Source: Candidatus Nanopusillus sp.
GTDB lineage: Archaea; Nanobdellota; Nanobdellia; Nanobdellales; Nanobdellaceae
Length of the DNA: 6,017 nt
Reading direction: 5' to 3'
NCBI GenBank assembly: GCA_028275775.1
Contig: JAPWTZ010000022.1
Span: forward strand, 1 to 6,017
This document shows, one piece after another, positions 5,631 to 6,017 of this stretch. The notes beneath the pieces were generated by a model. That model made no database searches and was not told the origin of the DNA. It saw only the letters and a list, made by a program, of their open reading frames with translations. The first letter of the stretch is position 1, and each line of letters starts with the position of its first letter. A program made the position numbers and the translations under genes.

Positions 5631-5849
5631 ATGGACATAGTAAGACCATTAGATGTAATAACACAGTCAAAAGGAAAAGAAATAATAGTAGAAATGAAAA
5701 ATGGTAAACAATACAGAGGCAAATTAGTAGCCTCTGATGTTCACCCCAACATGGTATTAGAAGATGTAACAGAATTAGATACTAATAAAAAATTACCTTG
5801 GATATTCCTAAGAGGAGATAATATATCTGTAATAAAACCTGTAGAATAA
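5631..5849 (+). CDS. Sm-like (LSm) archaeal RNA-binding protein, SmAP family
   Basis: The Sm1 motif is IIVEMKNGKQYRGKLVASDVHPNMVLEDV and the Sm2 motif is IFLRGDNISVIKP. The N-terminal RPLDVI is typical of archaeal Sm1 proteins. I prefer ATG 5631 (72 aa, MDIVRPLDV...) to the track's TTG 5616, because it is a canonical ATG, it gives the usual short N-terminus, and TTTATAAA (5602-5609) lies about 26 nt upstream. Confidence 0.88.
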   Translation: MDIVRPLDVITQSKGKEIIVEMKNGKQYRGKLVASDVHPNMVLEDVTELDTNKKLPWIFLRGDNISVIKPVE

Positions 5850-5864
5850 TTAGAATAAGCTCTA

Positions 5865-5876
5865 TTTTTTATTTTT
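5865..5876 (+). terminator. Oligo-T tracts (T6 then T5) 16-28 nt downstream of the Sm gene stop codon
   Basis: The sequence is TCTATTTTTTATTTTTAA after TAA at 5847-5849. This is an archaeal-type oligo-T termination signal in the convergent spacer. Confidence 0.4.
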
Positions 5877-5898
5877 AATTAATACTATAAATAAAAAA

Positions 5899-6017
5899 CT
5901 ATACTAAATCTTCTTCAGAAACAACTACATAATCACCAATTGCCTTTACTGCCATAAATGGTACTAAAAATCCATCTTTTACTTTTTCCAATCCCAACCT
6001 TTCAGCATTTTCAGTAG
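5899..6017 (-). CDS. 3'-terminal fragment of an unidentified protein-coding gene (continues beyond the window end)
   Basis: This ORF is not in the ORF track. The reverse-strand frame is open from the window edge to TAG (complement of 5899-5901) and encodes ...TENAERLGLEKVKDGFLVPFMAVKAIGDYVVVSEEDLV*. Its composition is less N/I/K-biased than out-of-frame reads here, and a T6 run on the minus strand (5893-5898) follows the stop. I do not recognise the family. Confidence 0.5.
   Translation of the reverse strand, partial: TENAERLGLEKVKDGFLVPFMAVKAIGDYVVVSEEDLV

Noticed and set aside
1-6017. Defence system, mobile element, CRISPR array or toxin-antitoxin module, as suggested by the prompt
   Set aside because: I found no repeat-spacer array, transposase, integrase, nuclease-NTPase operon or small paired ORFs. 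Every long ORF has a housekeeping or surface-protein assignment. The helicase has full XPD-type motifs and a housekeeping-looking context rather than a defence-island context. Claiming such a system would be unsupported.

Overview
The window looks archaeal, is extremely AT-rich (roughly a quarter G+C or less by eye) and is tightly packed: by my coordinates about 93% is genic and the spacers are 0-134 bp. Left to right it holds: a 5'-partial MacB/FtsX-type ABC transporter permease (+); an XPD/Rad3-family Fe-S helicase (-) whose stop codon directly abuts the permease stop; tRNA-Phe(GAA) (+); a 564-aa secreted protein (-) with an archaeal class III (prepilin-type) signal peptide and a large lectin-like C-terminal domain; tRNA-Leu(UAA) (-) with a 16-nt intron at the canonical 37/38 position; ribosomal protein S8e (+); an Sm-like protein (+); and the 3' end of one further unidentified gene (-) that is missing from the ORF track. 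Both tRNAs are strongly GC-clamped islands in the AT-rich background. No Shine-Dalgarno motifs precede the start codons, and TATA-like boxes sit about 26 bp upstream of several ATGs. Together these suggest a thermophilic, genome-reduced archaeon with leaderless transcripts, possibly Nanoarchaeota/DPANN-like; that placement is inference only. I found no CRISPR array, transposase, integrase, toxin-antitoxin pair or recognisable defence operon. Most of the window is housekeeping. The one candidate for novel biology is the pilin-fused, heavily glycosylatable lectin-like surface protein bracketed by the two tRNA genes, a plausible adhesin or cell-cell contact factor. No database search was possible, so all family assignments rest on motif recognition by eye.
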